A DNA stretch of 64,000 nt, from the NCBI GenBank assembly GCA_964636345.1, contig CAZWRL010000001.1:235-64234 (forward strand), in the 5' to 3' direction. This DNA is from an uncultured Gammaproteobacteria bacterium. GTDB taxonomy: Bacteria; Patescibacteriota; Patescibacteriia; Magasanikbacterales; JBBTXJ01. Below the pieces are notes generated by a model. That model made no database searches. It was not told the origin of the DNA and was given only the letters and a program-made list of their open reading frames with translations. Positions 17,770 to 25,824 of the stretch are shown piece after piece. The translations under genes were made by a program, and so were the position numbers. Position 1 is the first letter of the stretch; every line of letters begins with the position of its first letter.

Positions 17770-18415
17770 GTGCGTGACACAATGGTTTTTTGATCGCTTG
17801 TTTCCGCTTTCTTGTTTTGGTTGTGAAAAGGAAGGGTGCTGGGTGTGTGGCGCGTGCGAAGACGCGCTTGTGTTTTTACCGCCGGTATGGCAGGGAGCTC
17901 CTATGCCACTCCGCGGAAGCACCGCTGTTTTTACCTATGACCAGCCGGTGGTGCGTTCCATGGTGATGGCGCTCAAATATCAGTATGCGGAATTGGTAGT
18001 TCCGGTGATGGGCGGTTTGATTGCTCGGTGGCTCTCGGACGGCGGCAGAGAAATGTTTCCCGCGAATGGCGTTATTGTTCCGGTGCCGCTCCACCCGCGA
18101 CGGTATGCCTTACGCGGATTTAATCAGGCGGAATTGATTGCCCAGGAGCTTGGCCGCCTTCTTGGTCAACCGGTCGTTTGTCTCCTGAAGCGCACACGCG
18201 CTACGCGCCATCAAACACTGCAAACGCGTCTTTTGAGATGGCAAAATGTTGATGGCGCTTTTGCGGTGGCTGATGATGCGGTGATTGATGGAAGGCCGGT
18301 TATTATTGTTGATGATGTGACCACAACCGGCGCAACGCTTGCCGCATGCGCACGGCCGCTTATGGCGGCAGGCGTTCAGAAAATATACAGCTTTGCCTTT
18401 GCGCGTGAGTTATGA
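17738..18415 (+). CDS. comFC: ComF/ComFC-family phosphoribosyltransferase-domain protein (DNA-uptake associated)
   Basis: N-terminal Cys4 zinc finger (CFGCEKEGCWVCGAC) and PRTase motif IIVDDVTTTGATL. Start chosen at the first ATG after the upstream gene. Confidence 0.7.
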   Translation: MKWYGRMFSHECVTQWFFDRLFPLSCFGCEKEGCWVCGACEDALVFLPPVWQGAPMPLRGSTAVFTYDQPVVRSMVMALKYQYAELVVPVMGGLIARWLSDGGREMFPANGVIVPVPLHPRRYALRGFNQAELIAQELGRLLGQPVVCLLKRTRATRHQTLQTRLLRWQNVDGAFAVADDAVIDGRPVIIVDDVTTTGATLAACARPLMAAGVQKIYSFAFAREL

Positions 18416-19159
18416 TTGTTTGGCCGAGAAGGCAATAATCGCGCGCATTTGCGCGAGGAGGATCGTGATCCGTTTTTTTAAGGGAAATGCATCGGGCATT
18501 TCCGTACAGATTGAAAATTGCGCGCCGGATTTGTGCGCATATTCCTCACCCGAGCCATCGGAGCGGGGATTCAGCACCAGGCCATCATTTCCGCGATGCC
18601 TGTAGATACGTTTTTTGGTAACCACCGTGCCGTATTTTTTTGCGATTTTGATGAGGTTGCGATAGATGACGGGTTCGTGCGGTTCACGGGTGTAGGCAAA
18701 AAGATAGGAGCCGCGTTGTTCTTCGTCCTCATGGAGGGCGGCGAAGAAAAAGAGTGATTCCGCGGCGAGCGCTTTTTTTAGAAGTATATTTTCCGGCGCC
18801 GGTTGGTGATCAAGAAAATGGCGATTGAGATTTCGATTATCCTCATTACGATACTGATGTCGGTCAAAACCGTATGGGTTAACGAGCGGGAAGATGATAA
18901 TCTTGATGTGCGCGGGGAGACGCGGTATTCGTTTGAGGAATGCAACGATTGCCCACGGACCTGACTCTTCGTCGCCATGAATGCCGGCAGAGAAACAGAT
19001 AACGCGCTTGGCGCGCGCGGGGTTACCGAGCGTCACTTGATAGAGCGGATATTCGTGGTTTTTTCCTACCATGCCAAGCGTGGTGAGTGGGATTTTTTTC
19101 CGTTCGCACACGCGTTGCAACTCCCGGATATAGGGAGTGTAGTTTCCGGTTTTTTGCAT
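18410..19159 (-). CDS. Zinc carboxypeptidase-like protein (M14 / succinylglutamate desuccinylase-aspartoacylase superfamily)
   Basis: GIHGDEESG zinc-binding motif. Confidence 0.45.
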   Translation of the reverse strand: MQKTGNYTPYIRELQRVCERKKIPLTTLGMVGKNHEYPLYQVTLGNPARAKRVICFSAGIHGDEESGPWAIVAFLKRIPRLPAHIKIIIFPLVNPYGFDRHQYRNEDNRNLNRHFLDHQPAPENILLKKALAAESLFFFAALHEDEEQRGSYLFAYTREPHEPVIYRNLIKIAKKYGTVVTKKRIYRHRGNDGLVLNPRSDGSGEEYAHKSGAQFSICTEMPDAFPLKKRITILLAQMRAIIAFSAKQS

Positions 19160-19164
19160 AGCGC

Positions 19165-20454
19165 TTACATTTCGCGTAGATACCCCCAGGTGTGGAGGCG
19201 GTCACTATCCTCAAACCAACGATCGCCAATATCCGTGCGATAATACATGTGAGGAATAATAATGTTTTGAATGCGACGATAGACCTGATCTTGTGTTTGT
19301 TTTACCGTATTGCCCGAGCCGCAGACGACGAGCACCACGCCGGAGGTGCCGGTAACGAGCCATTCGTCGTTCACTAATTTGACGTCTTCAATGTGCACGC
19401 CTTCGGGCGGTTTCTTGAAATAGATGATGGAGTCCTTGGATTTTATCTCAAACGTTTTTTTGTCAGTGAAAGGGAAGGGCGGCACCACCAGACGCACGCC
19501 AATTTGGAAACCGCTTTTCACTTTTAATTTTGGATCATGCCCGGCGGCAAGTTCATAGAGGAATTCGCCCATGGGCGTCACCATACCTTCATGTTGAATG
19601 AAAATAGTTGGGTAGCCAAAACGCGAGGTGAACTCCAATGGATAAATGCCGTGGCCATTCACGATGCAGTTAATATCCATGTATCCCACATACCCCTCTT
19701 CCGCGAATTTTGATTCCAGTTTTTTGAGCGTTTGGTTAAAGAGGCGGTTGGGCCCGCTCCAAAACATGAGTGTTCCCATCTCGCCGGTTGAAGGCCCCAA
19801 ATTGCCTGGGAATAATTTTTTGTGTTCAAAATTAACATTGATGGGATAGACAAATTCTTTGCCGTTAAAGAACGCGCCCACAGCAACTTCAACGCCAGTC
19901 ACGCGTTTTTGCAGTTGGAAATCCGGCATTTTTTTGGTCCATCCTTTTTTGTAATCGCCAAGTACCTGAACCACATCGCGGCCGTCTTCTTCCTCGCCCA
20001 CAAAGAGGAGTCCTTTGATGACTGATGATTCACCGTTTGGTTTAATGACGTAGCGGCCGGGGTTCGCGCGGACAAATTCAATAGCCAGATCAAACGAGGT
20101 AAAATTTTGATAGGGAATGATATTGACGCCCACTTTTTTTAGTTCTTCTTGGCCAAACGGACGGTCATCCTCAAGCATATCCGTGTACGGCGTGCCGCCT
20201 ACCACCAGCTTGCCACGCTCCCGCACTTTTTTTGCTTTGAGTCCCTGGCCGAGCACGTCATCAAAAATAACAATATCCGCCCAATCAAGTTCTGCCTCCC
20301 AGTTGTCCACTTTTGGCACAAAGCCATCCGCCACTTCCCGTTCTTCCGGTTCTTCAGTGTAATATTTTACCTCGTGTCCTTCTTTGATAATCTGCCAGGC
20401 GATGTCTCCAATCAAACCATCTATGGAGACAAACAGAAATTTTTTTGATTCCAT
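19165..20454 (-). CDS. PurD-like ATP-grasp enzyme (divergent phosphoribosylamine--glycine ligase family)
   Basis: Collinear similarity to PurD (GPSTGEMG vs GPNTGGMG; LEFTSRFG vs IEFNCRFG; C-terminal TDIGDRW). Key residues substituted. Confidence 0.5.
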   Translation of the reverse strand: MESKKFLFVSIDGLIGDIAWQIIKEGHEVKYYTEEPEEREVADGFVPKVDNWEAELDWADIVIFDDVLGQGLKAKKVRERGKLVVGGTPYTDMLEDDRPFGQEELKKVGVNIIPYQNFTSFDLAIEFVRANPGRYVIKPNGESSVIKGLLFVGEEEDGRDVVQVLGDYKKGWTKKMPDFQLQKRVTGVEVAVGAFFNGKEFVYPINVNFEHKKLFPGNLGPSTGEMGTLMFWSGPNRLFNQTLKKLESKFAEEGYVGYMDINCIVNGHGIYPLEFTSRFGYPTIFIQHEGMVTPMGEFLYELAAGHDPKLKVKSGFQIGVRLVVPPFPFTDKKTFEIKSKDSIIYFKKPPEGVHIEDVKLVNDEWLVTGTSGVVLVVCGSGNTVKQTQDQVYRRIQNIIIPHMYYRTDIGDRWFEDSDRLHTWGYLREM

Positions 20455-20517
20455 CGGTTTTCATTAGAAATAAATGACATGATGATTGTAGCAAAGTGGC
20501 GATTATTTTTCAAACAA

Positions 20518-20546
20518 AAACCCCGACGCGTCGGGGTTTTTGGTAC
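20518..20546 (-). terminator. Intrinsic terminator aaaaaccccgacgcgtcggggttttt
   Basis: Perfect palindrome flanked by A and T runs, directly downstream of the 20557..20877 gene. Confidence 0.55.
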
Positions 20547-20556
20547 GATGCTCTTT

Positions 20557-20877
20557 TTACGGTGCCGGTTGCGCCGGTGTGCCCGTTGCGGTGACGGCCG
20601 TGGTGGTTGCCGTTTCAGAGGGTGAAACAGGCGCGGCGTTACGGTTTTTATAGGCGGTGTAGCCGCCCCACGCAATGAGCGCAAGGACAATGAGCCAAAT
20701 AAGGCCGCGTACAAAGCCACCGCCTTCTTTGTGAGAGTCCCTATCGCGCTGATTCCGCGTGGGCTCTGAAGCATCAGGTGCGCGCGCCTCGTCTTCCTTT
20801 TCGATGTCGTCTTCCACCTCCAACTTCTCTTGATCTCTGGGTTCGTCCATAGAAATGGGGATAATAAATAAAGCCAT
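20557..20877 (-). CDS. Small membrane protein with acidic N-terminus and Pro/Thr/Ala-rich C-terminus
   Basis: One TM (GLIWLIVLALIAWGGYTAY); ORF only. Confidence 0.35.
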   Translation of the reverse strand: MALFIIPISMDEPRDQEKLEVEDDIEKEDEARAPDASEPTRNQRDRDSHKEGGGFVRGLIWLIVLALIAWGGYTAYKNRNAAPVSPSETATTTAVTATGTPAQPAP

Positions 20878-21035
20878 GAAAACTGCCTTCAGCTTAGCAA
20901 AGGGGGTAAAAACGTGTAAATAGGGGGCTGTGTACAGTTTATTTGTATCTGTTTTTACCGAGGCCGGAGCTCTTTACATGCGTGAATAGTTGTGGTATTA
21001 TTGATTGTCTCTCTGGGAGACACTGTTTTGTCATT

Positions 21036-22820
21036 ATGAATGCTATTAGAAACGTTGCTATCATCGCTCACGTTGACCATGGGAAGACTACGTTGGTTGA
21101 CGCGCTTTTACATCGTTCAAAAACGCAGCTCTCCAAAAAAAATGCGGATGCTATCTGCATCATGGATTCAAATGAGCTTGAGCGCGAGCGCGGTATTACC
21201 ATTTTTGCCAAAAATGCCGCGGTTTTTTGGGGCGACACAAAAATTAATATCATTGACACGCCGGGCCACGCGGATTTTGGCGGCGAGGTGGAGCGCGTGC
21301 TCAACATGGCTGATGGGTGTCTTCTTTTGGTTGATGCCAAAGAAGGGCCCATGCCGCAGACGCGTTTTGTGATGCGGAAGGCCTTGGCGCTTGGATTAAA
21401 AATTATTGTGGTGGTGAATAAAATAGATAAGCCGGACGCGCGGCCGGATTTTGTGCTGAACAAAGTGTTTGAATTATTTGTGGAATTGGGCGCCGAGGCC
21501 CAGGCGCTTGACTTTCCGGTTTTGTACGCGTCCGCAAAAAAAGAAAAGGCGGGTTTGGGACGGGATTTGAAGGACATGACGGATGTTGATCCTATTTTTG
21601 ACGCAATTATTAAATATATTTCCGCGCCAGCCGGTGATGCGGCGCTTCCGCTTCAAATGCGCGTGGTTACGTTAACTAAAGACGATTTCAAAGGCCGCAT
21701 CGGCACGGGCAGAATTTATAATGGTGTCATTCGCGCGGGGCAAGAGGTGGCGCATATTAATCGCGCGGGAGTGACGCGGAAATATCGTTTGGTGTCACTC
21801 ATGACGCTTTTGGGACTTGAGCGTATAGAAATTAAAGAAGCATCGGCCGGGGATATTGTTGCAATCGCGGGCGTTCCCGATGTGGTGAGCGGGGAAACGA
21901 TTGCGGATCCAGCAAATCCCGTAGCGTTGCCGCTACTTGCTATTGAAGAGCCCACCGTGAAAATGACATTCGCGGTCAACGATTCTCCGTTTGCCGGTAA
22001 GGAGGGGGAGTACACCACGTCGCGTCAAATTCGTGAGCGTCTGTACACGGAGCTTGAAACGGATATGGCGCTTCGTGTTATTGATGGTACGCAGGGTGAT
22101 TGGATTGTGTCCGGGCGCGGCGAATTACATTTGGCAATTTTGATTGAACGCATGCGGCGTGAGGGGTTTGAATTTCAGGTTTCCTCGCCTGAAGTTATTT
22201 ATAAAGAAGTTGGTGGTAAAAAATTGGCGCCGTATGAGCGTGTGTATATTGAGGTGCCGGAAGCGTATCAGGGAATTGTGATACAGAAATTAGGCAGTCG
22301 TCGCGGTAAACTGCAGGAAATGCGGGTGGAAAATGGCGTAGTATTTTTGGAATTCACGATTCCAACGCGAGGACTTTTTGGTTATCGCAGTGAATTTTTG
22401 ACGGATACGCGGGGTTTGGGGATTATCAATACGCTTTTTGAGGAGTATCAACCGGTGGATTCCAGCGAGTGGCAGACACGCGAAAAAGGTTCACTGGTTG
22501 CGCATGAGACGGGTACCACACAATTGTACGGACTGCTTGCTGTACAAGATAGAGGAGTGTTATTTTTTGGGTCGGCAGTTCCTGTCTACGAGGGGCAGGT
22601 GGTGGGGCAGAACACGCGCGCGGGCGATATGCGCGTGAATGTATGCAAAGAAAAACGGTTATCTAACATGCGCTCAAAAGGCGATGGTTCAAGTGAGCAT
22701 TTCAACGAACCGCGGATTATGGGTCTTGAAGATGCGTTGGAGTACATCGCGCCTGATGAACTGGTGGAAGTGACGCCAAAAAATGTTCGTATCCGCAAAA
22801 GAGATTTGTTGAAACGGTAA
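21036..22820 (+). CDS. typA: Translational GTPase TypA/BipA
   Basis: G1 AHVDHGKTT, G3 DTPGHADF, G4 NKID; ~595 aa. Start at the internal ATG of ORF 20943. Confidence 0.85.
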   Translation: MNAIRNVAIIAHVDHGKTTLVDALLHRSKTQLSKKNADAICIMDSNELERERGITIFAKNAAVFWGDTKINIIDTPGHADFGGEVERVLNMADGCLLLVDAKEGPMPQTRFVMRKALALGLKIIVVVNKIDKPDARPDFVLNKVFELFVELGAEAQALDFPVLYASAKKEKAGLGRDLKDMTDVDPIFDAIIKYISAPAGDAALPLQMRVVTLTKDDFKGRIGTGRIYNGVIRAGQEVAHINRAGVTRKYRLVSLMTLLGLERIEIKEASAGDIVAIAGVPDVVSGETIADPANPVALPLLAIEEPTVKMTFAVNDSPFAGKEGEYTTSRQIRERLYTELETDMALRVIDGTQGDWIVSGRGELHLAILIERMRREGFEFQVSSPEVIYKEVGGKKLAPYERVYIEVPEAYQGIVIQKLGSRRGKLQEMRVENGVVFLEFTIPTRGLFGYRSEFLTDTRGLGIINTLFEEYQPVDSSEWQTREKGSLVAHETGTTQLYGLLAVQDRGVLFFGSAVPVYEGQVVGQNTRAGDMRVNVCKEKRLSNMRSKGDGSSEHFNEPRIMGLEDALEYIAPDELVEVTPKNVRIRKRDLLKR

Positions 22821-22857
22821 GCGCCGAGGCAACCCTTTCAAATCGCGAAGTTTCTAT

Positions 22858-22947
22858 TGGCGGAGGAGGTGAGATTCGAACTCACGAGGGCTGTTAGACC
22901 CTACCTCGTTAGCAGTGAGGCGCACTAGACCACTATGCGACTCCTCC
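22858..22947 (-). tRNA. tRNA-Ser (anticodon GCU), long variable arm, encoded CCA
   Basis: Reverse complement folds as acceptor GGAGGAG/CTCCTCC, anticodon loop CUGCUAA, long extra arm and T-loop GTTCGAATC. Confidence 0.8.
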
Positions 22948-23015
22948 TGGTGAGAGAATCGTATCATATTTTTTCGCTTGCGTCAACGTCGCGCGCACGC
23001 TATACTCTGCTCACT

Positions 23016-23531
23016 ATGTTTTCCGATAATGTCATCTTCTTCGACGGCGAATTCACCACCCTTGATCCAACCACCGGACGGTTGTTGTCGCTCGCGCTCG
23101 TGAAACCGAGTGGCGAGTATTTATATCTTGAACTGGAGACCGGCGATGCGCCGGTGCATCCGTGGACCGCAGAGCATGTTGTGCCGTTGCTCACCACATC
23201 AAAAATATCCGATGACGAAGCGCGCCAGAAGATTCGTGAATTCGTCGGTGATGGAAGGCCATTTTTGGTTGCGAAAACAAATCAGTTTGATTGGGTTTTT
23301 CTCGCCAAACTTATTGGTATCCAGAAGAAAGACGAGGGCGGGGACATTTTTAACTGGCGTCCCATTGATTTTACCTCAATCCTGTTTTGCCGCGGCATTG
23401 ATCCGAGCCAGCCAAGCACGGTGCTTGCCAAAGATATGGGCGTTGACATTCCAGAAAATTTTCGCGAACACCACGCGCTCTCTGATGCGCAAATGCTCCG
23501 CGCGCTCTACTTGAAATTTGCGGCCGCGTAA
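23016..23531 (+). CDS. DEDDh 3'-5' exonuclease (DnaQ/oligoribonuclease-like)
   Basis: Exo I FFDGEFT and Exo III H-x4-D (HHALSDAQ) motifs. Confidence 0.6.
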   Translation: MFSDNVIFFDGEFTTLDPTTGRLLSLALVKPSGEYLYLELETGDAPVHPWTAEHVVPLLTTSKISDDEARQKIREFVGDGRPFLVAKTNQFDWVFLAKLIGIQKKDEGGDIFNWRPIDFTSILFCRGIDPSQPSTVLAKDMGVDIPENFREHHALSDAQMLRALYLKFAAA

Positions 23532-23600
23532 CGTTATCCACAAGGAGACCCGTTTCGTGCTATACTGAATGGGGTCAATCACTTCTTAATTTTTGTTTCT

Positions 23601-24179
23601 ATGGCAGCGCAAAAGTCCACGATTAAGTGGGTTATCATTGGAGCCGTTGTGCTCATTTTGGTTGGGGGTATTTGGGGTACCTATAATAAACTGGTCACCT
23701 CAAATGAGTCCATTGATGGACAATGGGCACAGGTGCAAGCGACGTATCAACGACGTGTTGATTTGATTCCTGGTCTTGTCAACTCGACACGCGGGTTCTT
23801 TAAGCAAGAACAGGCGCTTTACGAGAAAATTACGCAAGCACGCGCGGCATATTCTGGCGCAAAGACGACCGCGGAACAGGTTTCTGCGGCTAACGTGCTT
23901 GAATCAAGCTTGAGCCGCTTGTTAGTGATTGTTGAGTCAAACCCGGAGATTAAGTCAAACCAGGTGGTCACTAATTTGATGGCGGAGTTGGCTGGCACGG
24001 AAAACCGTATTTCAGTAGAACGTATGCGGTTTAATGATGCCGTGCGAAAATATAATGTGGTGGTGAAGCGATTCCCCTCAAATATTATCGCCGGTGTTTT
24101 CAGCTTTGACGCGCGTGAATTCTTCCAGGCGCAAGAAGGCGCTGATAAGGCAGTACCGGTGAATTTGGATGTGAATTAA
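23601..24179 (+). CDS. lemA: LemA family protein
   Basis: N-terminal TM plus LemA-like core (YNxLV...FP); typical partner of the downstream TPM-domain protein. Confidence 0.75.
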   Translation: MAAQKSTIKWVIIGAVVLILVGGIWGTYNKLVTSNESIDGQWAQVQATYQRRVDLIPGLVNSTRGFFKQEQALYEKITQARAAYSGAKTTAEQVSAANVLESSLSRLLVIVESNPEIKSNQVVTNLMAELAGTENRISVERMRFNDAVRKYNVVVKRFPSNIIAGVFSFDAREFFQAQEGADKAVPVNLDVN

Positions 24180-24199
24180 GGCGTGATGATGGTATTCGC

Positions 24200-25123
24200 A
24201 TGGTTGTATACCTGAAACGCATTGTTATAGGAGCATTACTTGGACTCGCGCTCGTGAGTCCAAGTTTTGCGTTGGCGCAAAGTGAATTAGTGTTTCCACA
24301 GCCGATCGGTTTTGTGAATGATTTCGCAAATTTTTTGCGGTCAGAAACCGAGGGGGCGCTTGAGGCAAAGTTGGAGGCATTCCAGATGGAAACCGGGCAC
24401 GAAATTACGGTGGTGACGACGGACAGTTTGCAAGGTACTACTATTGAAGATTTGGCGGTGCGTTGGTTTGAACGATGGGGGATCGGAAAAGAACAGGCAG
24501 ATAACGGTATTTTGATGCTCATTGTTCCCTCGGAGCGTGTCATGCGCATTGAGGTTGGTTATGGCTTGGAGGGTGCGGTGCCAGACAGCGTTGCACAGCA
24601 GGTTGGCGATAACATCGTGACACCAAAATTTCGTGCCGATGATCCGGATGCCGGGGTGACGGCAGGCGTGGACGCGCTGATGAAATTGACGCAAGGCGAA
24701 GACGTGAGTGCGCTCTTAAATCCCAACGCCAACAGTGAATCACAAATGGGTTTAGTGTTTTTTGTGATTATGATTTTTATCTTCGCGTGGATAGTGTATG
24801 ACCGGATTGCCATGGCACAAAAAATTCAGCCGTTTATGCGAAACCAAGGAACGCGCGGTGTTTTTGTTAGTGCGTTAAGCGTTGCGGGCGGTTTTATTGC
24901 CGGCCTTGCTGGATTTTTACACCCCTTGGCGTGGGCAGGAATTTTTGCGGCAACCGTTGGCGCTTTGATTTTTTATCTTACGAAAGACGCGGGGAAACAC
25001 CGTGGCGGCGGTTCGGGTGGCGGATGGTATGCTTCAGGAGGTGGATTTGGTGGCGGAGGCGGGAGTTTTGGCGGATTTGGTGGCGGTTCTTCCGGCGGTG
25101 GCGGTTCTAGCAGTAGGTGGTAA
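24200..25123 (+). CDS. TPM-domain (YgcG/TLP18.3-like) protein with C-terminal TM segments and a Gly-rich tail
   Basis: FVNDFANFL...ITVVTTDSLQGTTIEDLAVRWFERWGIG...GILMLIV TPM signature, then TMs and a GGSGGGW tail. Confidence 0.7.
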   Translation: MVVYLKRIVIGALLGLALVSPSFALAQSELVFPQPIGFVNDFANFLRSETEGALEAKLEAFQMETGHEITVVTTDSLQGTTIEDLAVRWFERWGIGKEQADNGILMLIVPSERVMRIEVGYGLEGAVPDSVAQQVGDNIVTPKFRADDPDAGVTAGVDALMKLTQGEDVSALLNPNANSESQMGLVFFVIMIFIFAWIVYDRIAMAQKIQPFMRNQGTRGVFVSALSVAGGFIAGLAGFLHPLAWAGIFAATVGALIFYLTKDAGKHRGGGSGGGWYASGGGFGGGGGSFGGFGGGSSGGGGSSSRW

Positions 25124-25159
25124 TACAAAAAACTCCCCGATCTGTCGGGGAGTTTTTTG

Positions 25160-25612
25160 TCAGACCAGCACGCGGACATGTGCCGCGAGGATTCCGGCAG
25201 CAACACTGACGTTCAGCGATTCTTTTTTTCCGTGCATGGGGATTTCAATCACGTGATCAGCCCGTTTTAAGAGCGCTGGCGAGATACCGCCCACCTCGTT
25301 ACCCACTATGAGCGCGAGCGGCAACGCCGGTTTCCATGCGCGATAGTCAGTTGCGTTTTTTGTTTGTTCCGCCGCAATGATGAGTACGCCCGCATGTTTT
25401 AATTGTTCAATGATGCGCCATGCGTGCGCGTGATGTTCCCACGGCACGTTGTGTTCAGCGCCAAGCGAAACTTTATGAATTTTAGGATTTTTATCCGGTG
25501 TTGGTGTGTAGCCGCACAAAAAAATTTTATCTACGCCAAACGCATCGGCTGTGCGAAAAATTGAGCCGACATTATAACAACTCCTGATATCCGGCAGAAC
25601 GAGGTAGAACAT
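25160..25612 (-). CDS. SpoU/TrmH-family RNA 2'-O-methyltransferase (SPOUT)
   Basis: SPOUT motifs (LIVGNEVGGIS, IEIPMHGKKESLNVSVAAGI). The ORF-track extension to 25753 would overrun the tRNA, so the internal Met was chosen. Confidence 0.6.
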   Translation of the reverse strand: MFYLVLPDIRSCYNVGSIFRTADAFGVDKIFLCGYTPTPDKNPKIHKVSLGAEHNVPWEHHAHAWRIIEQLKHAGVLIIAAEQTKNATDYRAWKPALPLALIVGNEVGGISPALLKRADHVIEIPMHGKKESLNVSVAAGILAAHVRVLV

Positions 25613-25620
25613 TTTTGACT

Positions 25621-25711
25621 TGGCGGTGGGGGTGAGATTCGAACTCACGGTACCCTTTGGGGGTACGACAGTTTTCAAGACTGTTGCCATCAACCACTCG
25701 GCCACCCCACC
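25621..25711 (-). tRNA. tRNA-Ser (anticodon UGA), long variable arm, encoded CCA
   Basis: Reverse complement GGTGGGGTGGCCGAGTGG...anticodon loop CUUGAAA...GTTCGAATC...CCCCACC-G-CCA. Confidence 0.8.
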
Positions 25712-25824
25712 ATCATGCGAAGGTAGTATGGCACACCAGAGCCAAAAAATCAAGGCGCGAGGTAGTGTTGACAGAGCGCGCCTCGTGTGATAATCTCACT
25801 CTATCTTTGACAACTAAGGAGTCA

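Noticed and set aside
25657-25824. Upstream extension of the cyclase ORF (TTG start at 25657) and the extension of the SpoU ORF to 25753
   Set aside because: Both extensions run through the tRNA-Ser(UGA) gene at 25621..25711. Internal starts at 25825 (with SD) and 25612 are more plausible.
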